NCBI GenBank assembly: GCA_963822275.1
Contig: CAWGHR010000033.1
Coordinates: 25,279 to 89,278, forward strand
DNA: 64,000 nt
Origin: an uncultured Alphaproteobacteria bacterium
GTDB taxonomy: Bacteria > Pseudomonadota > Alphaproteobacteria > Micropepsales > Micropepsaceae
Direction of reading: 5' to 3'
Part shown: positions 45,443 to 55,758 of the stretch, piece after piece
Layout of the letters: every line of letters begins with the position of its first letter
How positions within the stretch are numbered: the stretch's first letter is position 1
Translations under genes and position numbers: made by a program
Notes under the pieces: model-generated
What the model was told of the DNA's origin: nothing
What the model saw: only the letters and a program-made list of their open reading frames with translations
The model's database searches: none

Positions 45443-45470
45443 AGGGGCAGACCACAACGGGCCTGCCCCT
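45443..45470 (-). terminator. Possible terminator hairpin after kduD
   Basis: Stem AGGGGCAG/CTGCCCCT ~35 bp past the kduD stop; weak U-tract. Confidence 0.35.
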
Positions 45471-45503
45471 GGGTCTCACTTTCTGGTCGATGCTTCCCCG
45501 ATA

Positions 45504-46259
45504 TCAGCGCGCCAGCCAGCCGCCGTCGACGGGGATAATCGCGCCGTGCAAATAGTCCGCGGCCGAGGACGATAGGAACACCGCCGTTCCGCCGACATCC
45601 GACGGTTCGCCCCAACGCCCGGCCGGAATACGCGCCAGGATTTCCTTGCTCCGGCTCTCGTCCCCGCGAAGCTGCGCGGTGTTATCGGTCGCCATGTAAC
45701 CCGGCGCGATGGCGTTGACGTTGATGTTTTTCGCGGCCCATTCGTTGGCGAGAAGGCGCGTGATACCGGCCGCCCCGCTCTTGCTCGCCGTATAGGAGGG
45801 AACGCGAATGCCGCCCTGAAACGACAGCATCGAACAGATATTGATGATCTTGCCGGCGCCTTGCTTGACCATCACGCGCCCGGCTGCCTGGCACATGAAG
45901 AACAGGGCTTTGAGATTGACGTTCATGACGTCGTCCCAGTCCTTCTCGGAGAAATCGAGCGAATCCGCGCGGCGTATCATGCCGGCGTTGTTGACCAGAA
46001 TGTCGAGCTTGCCGAGCCCTTTCACGGTTTCGTCGACGATACGGGTGACCGGTTCGATGCTCATCAGATTGGCGTCGATGTTGACGAATTTGCGCCCGAT
46101 TTTCTTGATCATCGCTTCGGTTTCGGTCGGCGGGACAAACCCCGCGACCGCAATGTCCGCACCTGCTTGTGCCAGCGCCACGGCGATGCCCTGCCCCAGA
46201 CCGGTATTGGCGCCGGTGACGAGCGCAGTTTTGCCTTCGAGACTGAACGGATTTTTCAT
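45504..46259 (-). CDS. kduD: 2-dehydro-3-deoxy-D-gluconate 5-dehydrogenase
   Basis: TGANTGLGQG, NNAG.IRR.D...FSEKDWDDV, SMLSFQGGIRVPSYTASKS, PVDGGWLAR. Confidence 0.96.
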   Translation of the reverse strand: MKNPFSLEGKTALVTGANTGLGQGIAVALAQAGADIAVAGFVPPTETEAMIKKIGRKFVNIDANLMSIEPVTRIVDETVKGLGKLDILVNNAGMIRRADSLDFSEKDWDDVMNVNLKALFFMCQAAGRVMVKQGAGKIINICSMLSFQGGIRVPSYTASKSGAAGITRLLANEWAAKNINVNAIAPGYMATDNTAQLRGDESRSKEILARIPAGRWGEPSDVGGTAVFLSSSAADYLHGAIIPVDGGWLAR

Positions 46260-46268
46260 AGGGACCTC

Positions 46269-47118
46269 TTATTTCAGCTGGCAGATATCGAGAACATTCA
46301 TGTCGGTATAGTCGAGGTTTTCACCGCCCATCGACCCAGATGAAGCCGTAATTGCTCGTTCCCGCACCCATATGAATCGACCAGGGCGGCGAGATCACCG
46401 CTTCGTCATTGCCAATCAGGATATGTCGCATGTTGTCGGGCTGGCCCATGAAATGGAACACGCGATCCGCCGGCTTCAGATCGAAGTAGAAATAAATTTC
46501 CGAACGACGATCATGCAGATGCGGCGGCATCGTGTTCCATACGCTGCCCGTCTTCAGGAACGTCACGCCGAGCAGCAATTGGCAGCTCTTACAAGTCGCC
46601 GGCACGATGTACTGATAGATCGTGCGCTCGTTGGATGTTGCCAACGCGCCGCGTTCCAGCGGGACAGCTTTGTCGATCGATATTTTCACCACTTCGAATC
46701 GAGCGTATGCCGGAGTGGAGGCGAGATAGAATTTCGCCGGATGCGCAGCGTCATCGGATTCAAAGGTTACGTCCGCCGATGCCATCGGCACATAAAGTCC
46801 GTCGCGCGGCACCAGGTCGTATTTCTTCCCGTCCACCGTCACGCGGCCATTGCCTGCGCCAACATTGACGATGCCGAGCTCGCGCCGCTCCAGATAAGGC
46901 TTGCCCTTGGCGGATTCGGGTTCGCTTTGCGCCGGCAGCTTAACGGTTTTGCGTATAGGAGCTGCGCCGCCGATCACCAGGCGCTCGCCATGCGAATAGA
47001 ACAGAGACACGTCCTCCGGCGCAAACAGACCGCCAATCAGGTAGCGGTCGCGCAGGGTTTGGTTGTCGGCAGCGGCGTAGCTGTCGGGATGCGTCGCGTA
47101 ATAGGTTTTTTTGTACAT
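46269..47118 (-). CDS. kduI: 5-dehydro-4-deoxy-D-glucuronate isomerase (frameshift ~46335)
   Basis: [65 protein letters not shown]. Confidence 0.93.
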
Positions 47119-47173
47119 GGGGCCCTCTTCGGCTGATCGACGAAGGATTCGACTGGCCATAAAATTCGTGGAC

Positions 47174-47189
47174 TGGTAACCGGTGTCAT
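47174..47189. promoter_or_regulatory. LacI-type operator upstream of kduI
   Basis: Minus strand ATGACACCGGTTACCA. Confidence 0.78.
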
Positions 47190-47221
47190 ACGCCTGCCAA
47201 GCACCGACCGCGCAACCGTCT

Positions 47222-48315
47222 TTATGGGACGGGCGGCGGCGCGGTGGACTTCGCGCACGACCAATGTCGGGATAACGTCGGTGACGACCTCGCTCGCGCC
47301 TCGCCGCTCCTTGGCCCGGTGAATGAGCTTTTCGGCCGCCATATGTCCCATGTCCCGGATCGGCAAGCGAACCGAGGTCAGCAAAGGCCACATGCGCGAG
47401 GCGACCGGACTGTCGTCGAAGCCGACGACCGAAAGATTTCTTGGGGATTTCCAATCCAAGATCGCGGGCCGCTTTATAAACGCCGGCCGCCATCTCGTCG
47501 TTACCGGCAAATATCGCCGTGGGACGCGGATTCATCTTCAGCAGATCTTCCGCGGCGGCTCTGCCGCTTTCGAACGTATAACCCGCTTCGCGGTCATAGG
47601 CGGATTTGAGCCGCAAATGGCGTTCGTCCAATCCCTGTGCAAATCCGCGCCGGCGTTCGTAAGACGAGCGGAATGTCGACGGACCGGAAATATGGGCGAT
47701 AATCTTGTGACCGAGATCGGCCAAATGGCGCGCGGAATCTGCGGCACCCGCAAAGTCATGAGTGACAACCATGTTTGCCGGCGTGTCGAGCGAGACGGCT
47801 GCGATACGCACATAAGCGCAATCGAGCTCGTGCAAAAGATGCACGAGGCGATCATCTTCCGAAACCGATGGCACGAGCACGACGCCGAACAGCTTTTGGC
47901 GCTCCACGAAAGCCCGCATGTCGTGAAGAAAAGTCGGATTGGCACGATCGCACGGACGGATCACCAATTCGAAACTCGAGCCGCGCATGGCGTCGAGAAT
48001 GCCTTGTTGCATATTCACGACGTATTGCGCGGTCGGATTGTCATAGATCATGCCGATCAGGAACGACCGCCGGAATGCGAGCCCGCGCGCTTGGGGATCG
48101 GGCGCGAAACCAATCTCGCGAATGATATCGTTGATCTTGGTGCGCGTTTCTTCTTTGACGAAAGGCGAGTCGTTGATGACGCGCGAGACGGTCTTCTTCG
48201 ACACATTGGCTAGACGCGCAATGTCGTTGATCGTCGAGCGCCCTCGGATGGACTCCGATGCTATCGGTTTGGCGGGCGCTATCGCTTCCGCGCCCGTTTT
48301 TTTACGTGCGTTCAC
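47222..48315 (-). CDS. LacI-family repressor of hexuronate genes (frameshifts near 3' end)
   Basis: [56 protein letters not shown], ends [10 protein letters not shown] after frame correction. Confidence 0.9.
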
Positions 48316-48395
48316 AGTCTGTCCGGGTGATGTCCCGTTCCCTTATTAGCGTCCGTCCGGGTTTTACGGCAATGTGGACTGAAACTTGGGCCAAA

Positions 48396-48411
48396 ATGAC
48401 AGCGGTTACCA
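48396..48411. promoter_or_regulatory. LacI-type operator between divergent LacI and dehydrogenase genes
   Basis: ATGACAGCGGTTACCA. Confidence 0.75.
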
Positions 48412-48457
48412 TAGGGTCATGGACGAAATTTGCCATCAAGCGGAAGACTTTGCGCCA

Positions 48458-49906
48458 ATGGCCCGCCTTAACGCCGCAGGCTTGCCCGTTCTTCCTGCCG
48501 GGATAGGCCGCCCCACCTATGACCGTTCGCAGATTGCCACGGGAATTGTTCACTTCGGTCCCGGCGCTTTTCACCGGGCCCATCAGGCGGACTATTTCGA
48601 CCGGCTTCTCGTTCGCGACAAGCGCTGGGGGATTTGTCAGGTCTCGCTCCGGTCGACAGATTTGCGCGACGCCATCGTGCAGCAAGACGGTTTGTACACG
48701 CTCGTCGAACTGGGCGAGCGCAATAAAGCGCGCCTCATCGGGTCCGTGACAGATGCGCTGGTGGCACGTCGTTCGCGCGAAACGGTTCTTTCCCGCCTGG
48801 CCTCGCCCGACACAAAGGCGGTGACGATAACGGTGACGGAAAACGGCTACTGTCTAACGCCTGACGGGGATCTTGATGTCACGCGCCCGGAAATCAGGCA
48901 CGATCTCGCCGACCCGCGCAAACCCGCGAGCCTTGTCGGCTGGTTGGTGGAAGGATTGCGGGCACGGCGTGCAGCAAAGCTCAAGCCGTTTACCACAGTC
49001 AGTTGCGACAATCTTGTAGACAACGGTGTGCGGTTGAAGCGCGCCGTCGTCCAGTTTGCCGGAGCCTGTGACGCGGATCTGGCACAATGGATCGAACACG
49101 ACGCGCTGTTTCCGCGCACGATGGTCGACAGCATAGTGCCTGCGACCAACGATGCTTTGCGGGCGGATGTGCGAACCCTGTTGGGTGTCGAGGATGCCTG
49201 GCCGGTCCAACGTGAAACGTTCTCGCAATGGGTGATCGAGGACCTGCCCGGTTCCGCAGCCGTCAGCTGGGCGGATGCGGGTGTGACCTTGACCGCCAGC
49301 GTCGCGGCTTACGATCGTGCGAAGCTTAGGCTGCTAAACGGTCCACATTCGACGCTGGCTTATGTCGGCTTGTTGCGCGGTCATGAAACCGTATTCGAGG
49401 CCATGCAGGACCCGGCCTTGTCGCGTTTCGTCGAACGGCTGATGCGTGAGGACATTCGTCAAACGCTCCAACCGCCGGCCGATTTCGATCTCGACGGGTA
49501 TATCGATACGGTGCTGACGCGCTTTCGCAATCCGAGCATTCGCCACCTTCTATCGCAGATCGCCTGGGACGGTTCGCAAAAGCTGGGTCCGCGTCTGCTC
49601 GGCACGATCTCCGACACGATTGCTGCCGGACGTCCGCTTAACCGGCTCGCTGTCCCGATTGCCGCTTGGATGCTCTTTCTTCGCATGCGGATGCGCGAAG
49701 GCGCGAGAATCGTCGACCCACTGGAAAAGCTCCTCAAAGACGTCGCGGCCGCTTGCGAGAATCGGGGAGAGACGGATGTACCGCATTTCTTGGCACTCAA
49801 CACGATCTTTCCGCGTAAGCTTGCCATTCAGGCGCAATTTCTGGAGTCGGTCACACGCGCTTACGACGCGTTGTCGAACGACATGGTTTCGCAATTTCCG
49901 TTTTGA
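48458..49906 (+). CDS. Mannitol dehydrogenase family oxidoreductase (UxaB/UxuB-like)
   Basis: IVHFGPGAFHRAHQA, TITVTE.GY, VSCDNL, MVDSIVPAT, KLRLLNG.HS, QIAWDGSQKL..R. Confidence 0.9.
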   Translation: MARLNAAGLPVLPAGIGRPTYDRSQIATGIVHFGPGAFHRAHQADYFDRLLVRDKRWGICQVSLRSTDLRDAIVQQDGLYTLVELGERNKARLIGSVTDALVARRSRETVLSRLASPDTKAVTITVTENGYCLTPDGDLDVTRPEIRHDLADPRKPASLVGWLVEGLRARRAAKLKPFTTVSCDNLVDNGVRLKRAVVQFAGACDADLAQWIEHDALFPRTMVDSIVPATNDALRADVRTLLGVEDAWPVQRETFSQWVIEDLPGSAAVSWADAGVTLTASVAAYDRAKLRLLNGPHSTLAYVGLLRGHETVFEAMQDPALSRFVERLMREDIRQTLQPPADFDLDGYIDTVLTRFRNPSIRHLLSQIAWDGSQKLGPRLLGTISDTIAAGRPLNRLAVPIAAWMLFLRMRMREGARIVDPLEKLLKDVAAACENRGETDVPHFLALNTIFPRKLAIQAQFLESVTRAYDALSNDMVSQFPF

Positions 49907-50118
49907 GGTCATTGCTTAACTCGCTGCTCGCCCAAATGCGCGTTTGACCTCGCGCAGCATTTCCGTCGATGGCAGGATCTCGGCTGCCCGTGCGGCTGGG
50001 TCGCTTCGTTTTGGCTAGCCATGGTTATCATAAATTTCTTACCGGTAAGCATTTGTAAACCAATGTTTTTCAAGCGGGATTAAAGAGCGGCGGGTGACAC
50101 TCGACATCGGAAAGACCG

Positions 50119-51366
50119 ATGTCCCACGCAAAACGCGATAACAGTTCCGCGCCTCTTAACCCCGCACAGGCTTTGCGGTTGCTGGAGCAGCGCGCCAAAA
50201 AGGAACAGGACGAGCTGGCCTCGCAAACCGATGTGGGCGAGGACGTGCTGGATTATTTGGCGAAGAACGGCGCCGTCGCCACACGGCGGGCGGTTGCGGC
50301 AAATCCCGGCGCGTCCGCCAAAACCAATCGGCTGTTGGCCGATGATCCCGAAGACGATGTGCGCGTCGAACTTGCGAGCAAGATCGGCCGGCTGTTCCCC
50401 GGGCTGCTTCTCGTCGAACAGAAAAAGATTCGTGATCTGACGATCGAAACGCTCGAACAATTGGCGCGCGATGAGGTACCGCGTGTGCGCGCCATGCTGG
50501 CCGAGGAAATCAAACATTTGGATTGCGTGCCCAAGCCGGTTATCGACCGTTTGGCGCGCGACATCGAAGAAATCGTTGCCGCACCGATCCTCGAATACTC
50601 TCCTTTACTGACCGACACCGACCTCATCGAGATCGTCACCACGGCGCATGCCAATGCCATGCTGGCCGCTGTGGCGCGGCGCAAAGGACTATCGGGCGAG
50701 GTTGCCGATTCCGTGGTTGCCACGCGCGACACGGCCGCCATTACGGCCCTGCTCGCCAATATCGACGCCGCCGTCCGCACCAGAACACTCGACAAGATCA
50801 TCACACAGGCGGCTGAAGTCGCGGAGTGGCACGGTCCGCTTGTCCTTCGCACCGAATTGTCGCCGCGCGCGATCCGGCGTGTCGCCGCTTTCGTCGCCAG
50901 TGCCTTAATCAATTTGCTGGCAAACCGCCATGGGCTGGACGACGCCACCCGAACCCATCTGAACAAAAAACTGCGCGAACGTCGGCGCAAAGAAGCCAAG
51001 ACCTCCAAAGTTGAGGCGACGGACGCCGCCGGCGATGTCAAAGCGGCTTACCGCAATGGACGGCTGGACGATGCCTTTGTCGCCGCGGCAGCGGAGGCCT
51101 GCCAAAAGGATACCGTGGTCTGCGCTTTGTCGGTTCTCGCCAAAGCGGAGGAAGGTATTGTCCGGCGCATTTTGGATTCGGGATCGGCCAAGGCCATTAC
51201 CGCCTTGGCTTGGAAGGCCGGACTGAGCATGCGCATCGCCTTCAAGCTGCAGAACACGATCATGCATTTGAAAGGCAAGGACCTGCTGCCGGCGCGCGGC
51301 GGTATCGATTACCCCTTAGACGAGGGCGAGATGCGTTGGCACCTGGGCTATTTCGGGATCGCTTAA
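50119..51366 (+). CDS. DUF2336 domain protein
   Basis: LE.LARD...RVR..LAE.IK, LARD.E..VAAPILEYSP.LTD.DL, ALAWKAGLSMR.A. Confidence 0.8.
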   Translation: MSHAKRDNSSAPLNPAQALRLLEQRAKKEQDELASQTDVGEDVLDYLAKNGAVATRRAVAANPGASAKTNRLLADDPEDDVRVELASKIGRLFPGLLLVEQKKIRDLTIETLEQLARDEVPRVRAMLAEEIKHLDCVPKPVIDRLARDIEEIVAAPILEYSPLLTDTDLIEIVTTAHANAMLAAVARRKGLSGEVADSVVATRDTAAITALLANIDAAVRTRTLDKIITQAAEVAEWHGPLVLRTELSPRAIRRVAAFVASALINLLANRHGLDDATRTHLNKKLRERRRKEAKTSKVEATDAAGDVKAAYRNGRLDDAFVAAAAEACQKDTVVCALSVLAKAEEGIVRRILDSGSAKAITALAWKAGLSMRIAFKLQNTIMHLKGKDLLPARGGIDYPLDEGEMRWHLGYFGIA

Positions 51367-51423
51367 AGCCGGCCATAAAGACAGTTCCGTCCCCACAGCC
51401 AGTCGTGCTAATCAATGCCGCAT

Positions 51424-51497
51424 GCGGGCGTAGTTCAATGGTAGAACGGCAGCTTCCCAAGCTGCATACGAGGGTTCGATTCCCTTCGCCCGCTCCA
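51424..51497 (+). tRNA. tRNA-Gly (anticodon CCC)
   Basis: 74-nt cloverleaf: acceptor GCGGGCG/CGCCCGC, anticodon arm GCAGC-TTCCCAA-GCTGC, GTTCGA T-loop, encoded CCA. Confidence 0.97.
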
Positions 51498-51513
51498 GAT
51501 TTCACCAGCAGGA

Positions 51514-51955
51514 CAACGAACCCTCGATTTTTTGATTGCGCTACGGCTGACGCCTCCGCGCGGGGTTCGTCGCGCACGGCCCTTATTCCGCTGACGCGGC
51601 GGGCCGCACGCGACCCCTTCGCCCGCTCCAGCCTTCGCTCGCGAAGCGAGAGAAGGCGTCCAAACGCTGCCGCTATGGACCGCCGGTAGCCCGCAGGGCG
51701 AAGGCGGACTGGCTGCCGCGAGCTACGGCTCGGCAAGCCAGGCATTGCAACGAACCCTCGATTCTTTGATTGCGCTACGGCTGACGCCTCCGCGCGGGGT
51801 TCGTCGCGCACGGCCCTTATTCCGCTGACGCGGCGGGGCGCACGCGACCCCTTCGCCCGCTCCAGCCTTCGCTCGCGAAGCGAGAGAAGGCTGTCATGTC
51901 GTGACCGGCAGGGCGAAGGCGGACTGGTTACCGCGAGCTACGGCTCGGCGAGCCA
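51514..51955 (+). repeat. Two tandem ~234-bp structured repeats, each containing the 16-nt 3' end of tRNA-Gly
   Basis: Units begin CAACGAACCCTCG at 51514 and 51748. CCCTTCGCCCGCTCCA recurs at 51615-51630 and 51849-51864. The second unit has a shorter, divergent middle segment. Confidence 0.92.
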
Positions 51956-52153
51956 AGGCTTGGTGGAAAAGCAAAGATTCTTTTAGCAGGTCTTTTGACA
52001 GTACAAGCTGCGTTCCTGCGAACAACATCAAGTCCATCATCTACCGTTAGTCCGATCCCTGTGTTAAAATGCCAAGATATTTGAGTAATCTGGAAATCGT
52101 GCCGTCTCCCCGAGTATCCTAATCCCCAGCCCATATTAACGCCGTAGCACTGC

Positions 52154-52798
52154 ATGATCCCGCTCGAAGACGAATCGCGACGCCCTTCACATTTTCCCAT
52201 AGTCACCGCGTTCATCATCGCAGTGAACGTGCTGACGTTTATTCTCGAATTGGCGAACGGCGATGCTTTTGTAACCCGATGGTCCGTTATCCCCGCTGAC
52301 ATCAGTGCTGGCCGTCACCTGATGACCATCGTGACAGCCATGTTCATGCACGCGAGTTGGTCCCACATCATCGGCAACATGGTGTTCTTCTGGGCGTTCG
52401 GACCGGAGATCGAAGACGCCATGAATCCTTGGCGATACGCTGTGTTCTACCTTGTTGGTGGGATCGTGGCGATGCTCGCACAAGTCATCGCCGATCCTGG
52501 TTCGACTGTTCCCAATCTTGGCGCGAGCGGCGCGATCGCCGCCGTGATGGGCGCATTTCTCGTCACCTATCCCCGCGACAAAATTCGCACGATTTTATTC
52601 TTCGGCTGGTTTTTCCGCATCACGTTCATTCCGGCTGCTCTTTTGATCGGGCTTTGGTTTCTAGCCCAGCTCCTCAGCATTGGCGTCATCGCAGACACGC
52701 AATCGGGCGGCGTGGCTTATCTCGCCCATGTCGGCGGCATGGTCTTTGGGGCAGTCACGGCCCGATTGTTCGAGAACCCGCGCCGGATCGCTGGATAG
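52154..52798 (+). CDS. Rhomboid intramembrane serine protease
   Basis: MFMHASWSHIIGNM, GASGAIA, VAYLAHVGG. Confidence 0.93.
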   Translation: MIPLEDESRRPSHFPIVTAFIIAVNVLTFILELANGDAFVTRWSVIPADISAGRHLMTIVTAMFMHASWSHIIGNMVFFWAFGPEIEDAMNPWRYAVFYLVGGIVAMLAQVIADPGSTVPNLGASGAIAAVMGAFLVTYPRDKIRTILFFGWFFRITFIPAALLIGLWFLAQLLSIGVIADTQSGGVAYLAHVGGMVFGAVTARLFENPRRIAG

Positions 52799-52877
52799 CA
52801 AATACAACGTGGCCTAGGCCACTGAAAGGAAGGCCAGAGGTCCGCACTTTCGGAATGTGACGTCGACAACAGCGCCG

Positions 52878-54745
52878 TTAGCGAGTGGCGCTAAGAGCGA
52901 GCTTTGCCTCACGCACAAGCGCGTTGCCCAGCTTGGCCAAATCTTCCGTCCCCAATGTCTCGTGGGTGAGAAGCTGCTGCGCGCCCGTTTCGAGGACGGC
53001 GTGGTTTCGCTGCAGTGTCCCGCGTGCCAGCTCGAAGGCCTTCTGGATGAGGCTTTTCACGGCTTCATCGATCGCGTCGGCGGCATCGTTTCCGTAGGCG
53101 CGCGGCCGCCAATTCGGCATCTGGCCCCCAAGATAACTTGCGGTTTCGGGCTCATACACCACCAGACCGAGCGCCGGCACCATGCCGAAACGCACGACCA
53201 TGTTGCGGGCAATGTCGGTCGCGTGGGTCAGATCGTCGGCAGCGCCGGTCGAGACTTCGCCGTAGACAAGGCTCTCGGCTGCGCGGCCGCCCAATAGCAC
53301 GGCGATGCGGTTGAAGAGCTCCAACTCGCTTATGATAAAGCGGTCCTCGATAGGGCGTTGTATCGTGTATCCGAGGGCGCCAATGCCGCGCGGAATAATA
53401 GATACTTTCTGCACCGGATCGGTGCCCGGCAATGCCATGGCGACAAGGGCGTGCCCCATCTCGTGATGGGCGACGATATCGCGTTCGCGCGGACTTAAAA
53501 TCCTGCTTTTCTTTTCCAGGCCTGCAACCAGGCGTTCTATGGCCTGGGTGAAATCCTCAAGCGTGGTCGAATCCGCCTTGCGGCGCGTCGCAACCAGGGC
53601 CGCTTCATTGACCAGATTGGCGAGATCGGCGCCCGTGAAGCCGGGTGTCAGACCCGCAACCACATCAACGTCGAGCGTGTGACTCACGGAAATCTTCTTC
53701 AGATGAACGCGTAGAATTTCGGCCCGACCTTTGCGGTCGGGGCGATCGACCAGAACCTGCCTGTCGAACCGGCCGGCGCGCAGCAAAGCGGGGTCGAGAA
53801 TTCGGGCCGGTTGGTCGCGGCAAGCACGATAATGCCCGCACTCGGATCAAAACCGTCCATTTCCGCGAGGAGCTGATTAAGCGTCTGTTCCTTCTCGTCA
53901 TGCCCGCCGGAGGGAAAATCAATGCCGCGCGCACGGCCAAGCGCGTCGAGCTCATCAATGAAGATGATCGCGGGCGCGCTTTCCCGCGCCTGCTTGAAAA
54001 GATCACGTACGCGCGCGGCGCCCACGCCGACGAACATCTCGACAAATTCCGAGCCGGTGATCGAGAAGAATGGCACATCTGCCTCTCCGGCGACGGCGCG
54101 TGCCAGCAACGTCTTGCCCGTGCCGGGAGGACCGACAAGCAACAGGCCCTTGGGCACGCGCGCCCCGAGGCGTCCGTAAAATCCAGGATTCTTGAGAAAG
54201 CCTACGACTTCCGCGAGCTCTTGCTTAGCCTCATCGACCCCGGCCACGTCAGCGAACCTGACTTTGACGTCTTGCTCTGCAAAGACTTTGGCACTGCTGC
54301 GCCCGACTCCCATCAATCCACCGACATTCATTCCGGACCGGCGCAGAAGAAGGAACCAAAAACCGGCGAACAGTATCATCGGCAGAATCCACAGTGTGAA
54401 TCGTTCGAGCCAGCTGGCCGGTTTTTCGCCGCTAAATTTTACGTTGTGCTTCTGGAGGTCGTCAGCAATGGAGGGTTCGACGAGTGTTGTCGTGAAACTC
54501 TTGAGTTCGCCGTTCTTGGCCTGCGGCTTGATAGTGCCCGTGATGGTCGACGGCCCGACCACGACATCGGAAATCGCGTTCTTCGCGAGCAGGCTGCGAA
54601 ATTCGCTATAGGGAATCTCCTGGCCAGCTTCGAAGCGAGTCCCAAGCGTGCCAAGGAAGAAGAGCAGGCCAAGAAGGCCAAGCATGTACCAGATCCAGTC
54701 CGACTGAGTTACCGGCTTTTTTCCGGACCCATTCTTGTCATTCAT
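52878..54745 (-). CDS. ftsH: ATP-dependent zinc metalloprotease FtsH paralog (frameshift ~53800)
   Basis: Two TM segments, [39 protein letters not shown]. Confidence 0.92.
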
Positions 54746-54765
54746 GACACCCTCGCGATTGAGCG

Positions 54766-55689
54766 TTATGGTTCGGAGGCTACTTGGGGAAAGTACTTGC
54801 TTAAGGATAGACTCGCACGTTCGATACATGCGCGCCCTTCGGCAATCGCCTCGCGCCCGCGCTGGAATTCCATCCAGTTTAGATTTGTCAGCTGAGGACG
54901 CAGCAACACATGTGGCGGCTCTCCGGCAAGGCGCGCCCGGGTAATGTGATCCTCCATGATGTCGAGAGCATTGACGAGTACTTCAAAATAACCGGGAACG
55001 GGCTCTCGAGGCGACAGCAGGTCCATGGCGATGGGCTTCATTCGGTCCCTCAACATGGCAGGAAGCTGCTCGATGACACGCTCGGCGAATTCATGGCTGG
55101 CACTCGTTGCGGTCTCGCGAACCCAGCGCTTGCCGAGTCGATCGCCATTAAGGTCGACGGCGATAATGATGTCGGCGCCGAGTGCACGGCAGAGCGATAC
55201 CGGCACCGGATTGACGAGGCCACCGTCCAGGAACCATGCATCATTCATGCGGAAAGGACTGAACACCCCAGGAATACTGATCGAAGCGCGAACCGCCTTG
55301 TCGATTGGTCCGGTCTGCAGCCAGACTTCGCGACCTGTCGTCAAATCGGTGGCAACGGCGGCAAAACGCTTGCTGCAGGTCTCGATAGGTCCGGAAATGC
55401 CAAGATCGCGCAGAAACGTTTCAACGCGTGCGCCTTCCATCACTCCGCCGTTCGACATGCGCACGTCGATCAAAGAGGCAATCTCGCGCCAATTAAGCTG
55501 TTCAATCCTGGCCCGAAGCTGAGGCAAACGATCCGCCGCATAGGCCGCGCCCACCAGAGCGCCCGCAGACGTGCCGCAAACGATATCTGGCACAATTTTT
55601 TTGTCGAGCAAGGCTTCGATGACACCAATATGCGCCCAGCCGCGCGCAGCGCCGCTTCCCAGCGCAAGTCCGATCTTGGGTTGAGTCAT
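54766..55689 (-). CDS. Patatin-like phospholipase (RssA-like)
   Basis: [22 protein letters not shown]. Confidence 0.92.
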   Translation of the reverse strand: MTQPKIGLALGSGAARGWAHIGVIEALLDKKIVPDIVCGTSAGALVGAAYAADRLPQLRARIEQLNWREIASLIDVRMSNGGVMEGARVETFLRDLGISGPIETCSKRFAAVATDLTTGREVWLQTGPIDKAVRASISIPGVFSPFRMNDAWFLDGGLVNPVPVSLCRALGADIIIAVDLNGDRLGKRWVRETATSASHEFAERVIEQLPAMLRDRMKPIAMDLLSPREPVPGYFEVLVNALDIMEDHITRARLAGEPPHVLLRPQLTNLNWMEFQRGREAIAEGRACIERASLSLSKYFPQVASEP

Positions 55690-55758
55690 GGTGCGATCCT
55701 CATTTTAGGTGTGATATCCTGAGACCAAAAAGTCCGGACAACACGTTCATGCCCCTGA

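Noticed and set aside
46321-48315. 664-aa LacI-KduI fusion ORF
   Set aside because: Indels near the LacI 3' end; the LacI C-terminal motifs lie in other frames, and an operator plus RBS sit between the genes.
50038-50049. Palindrome CTTACCGGTAAG as an eighth LacI operator
   Set aside because: Shares only the ACCGGT core, lacks the TGAC/GGTA arms, and precedes an unrelated DUF2336 gene.
51210-51811. ORFs spanning the tRNA and repeats
   Set aside because: They overlap the tRNA and palindromic repeats; spurious translations.
51514-51955. CRISPR array interpretation of the repeats
   Set aside because: Only two long near-identical units, no unique spacers of constant length and no cas genes.
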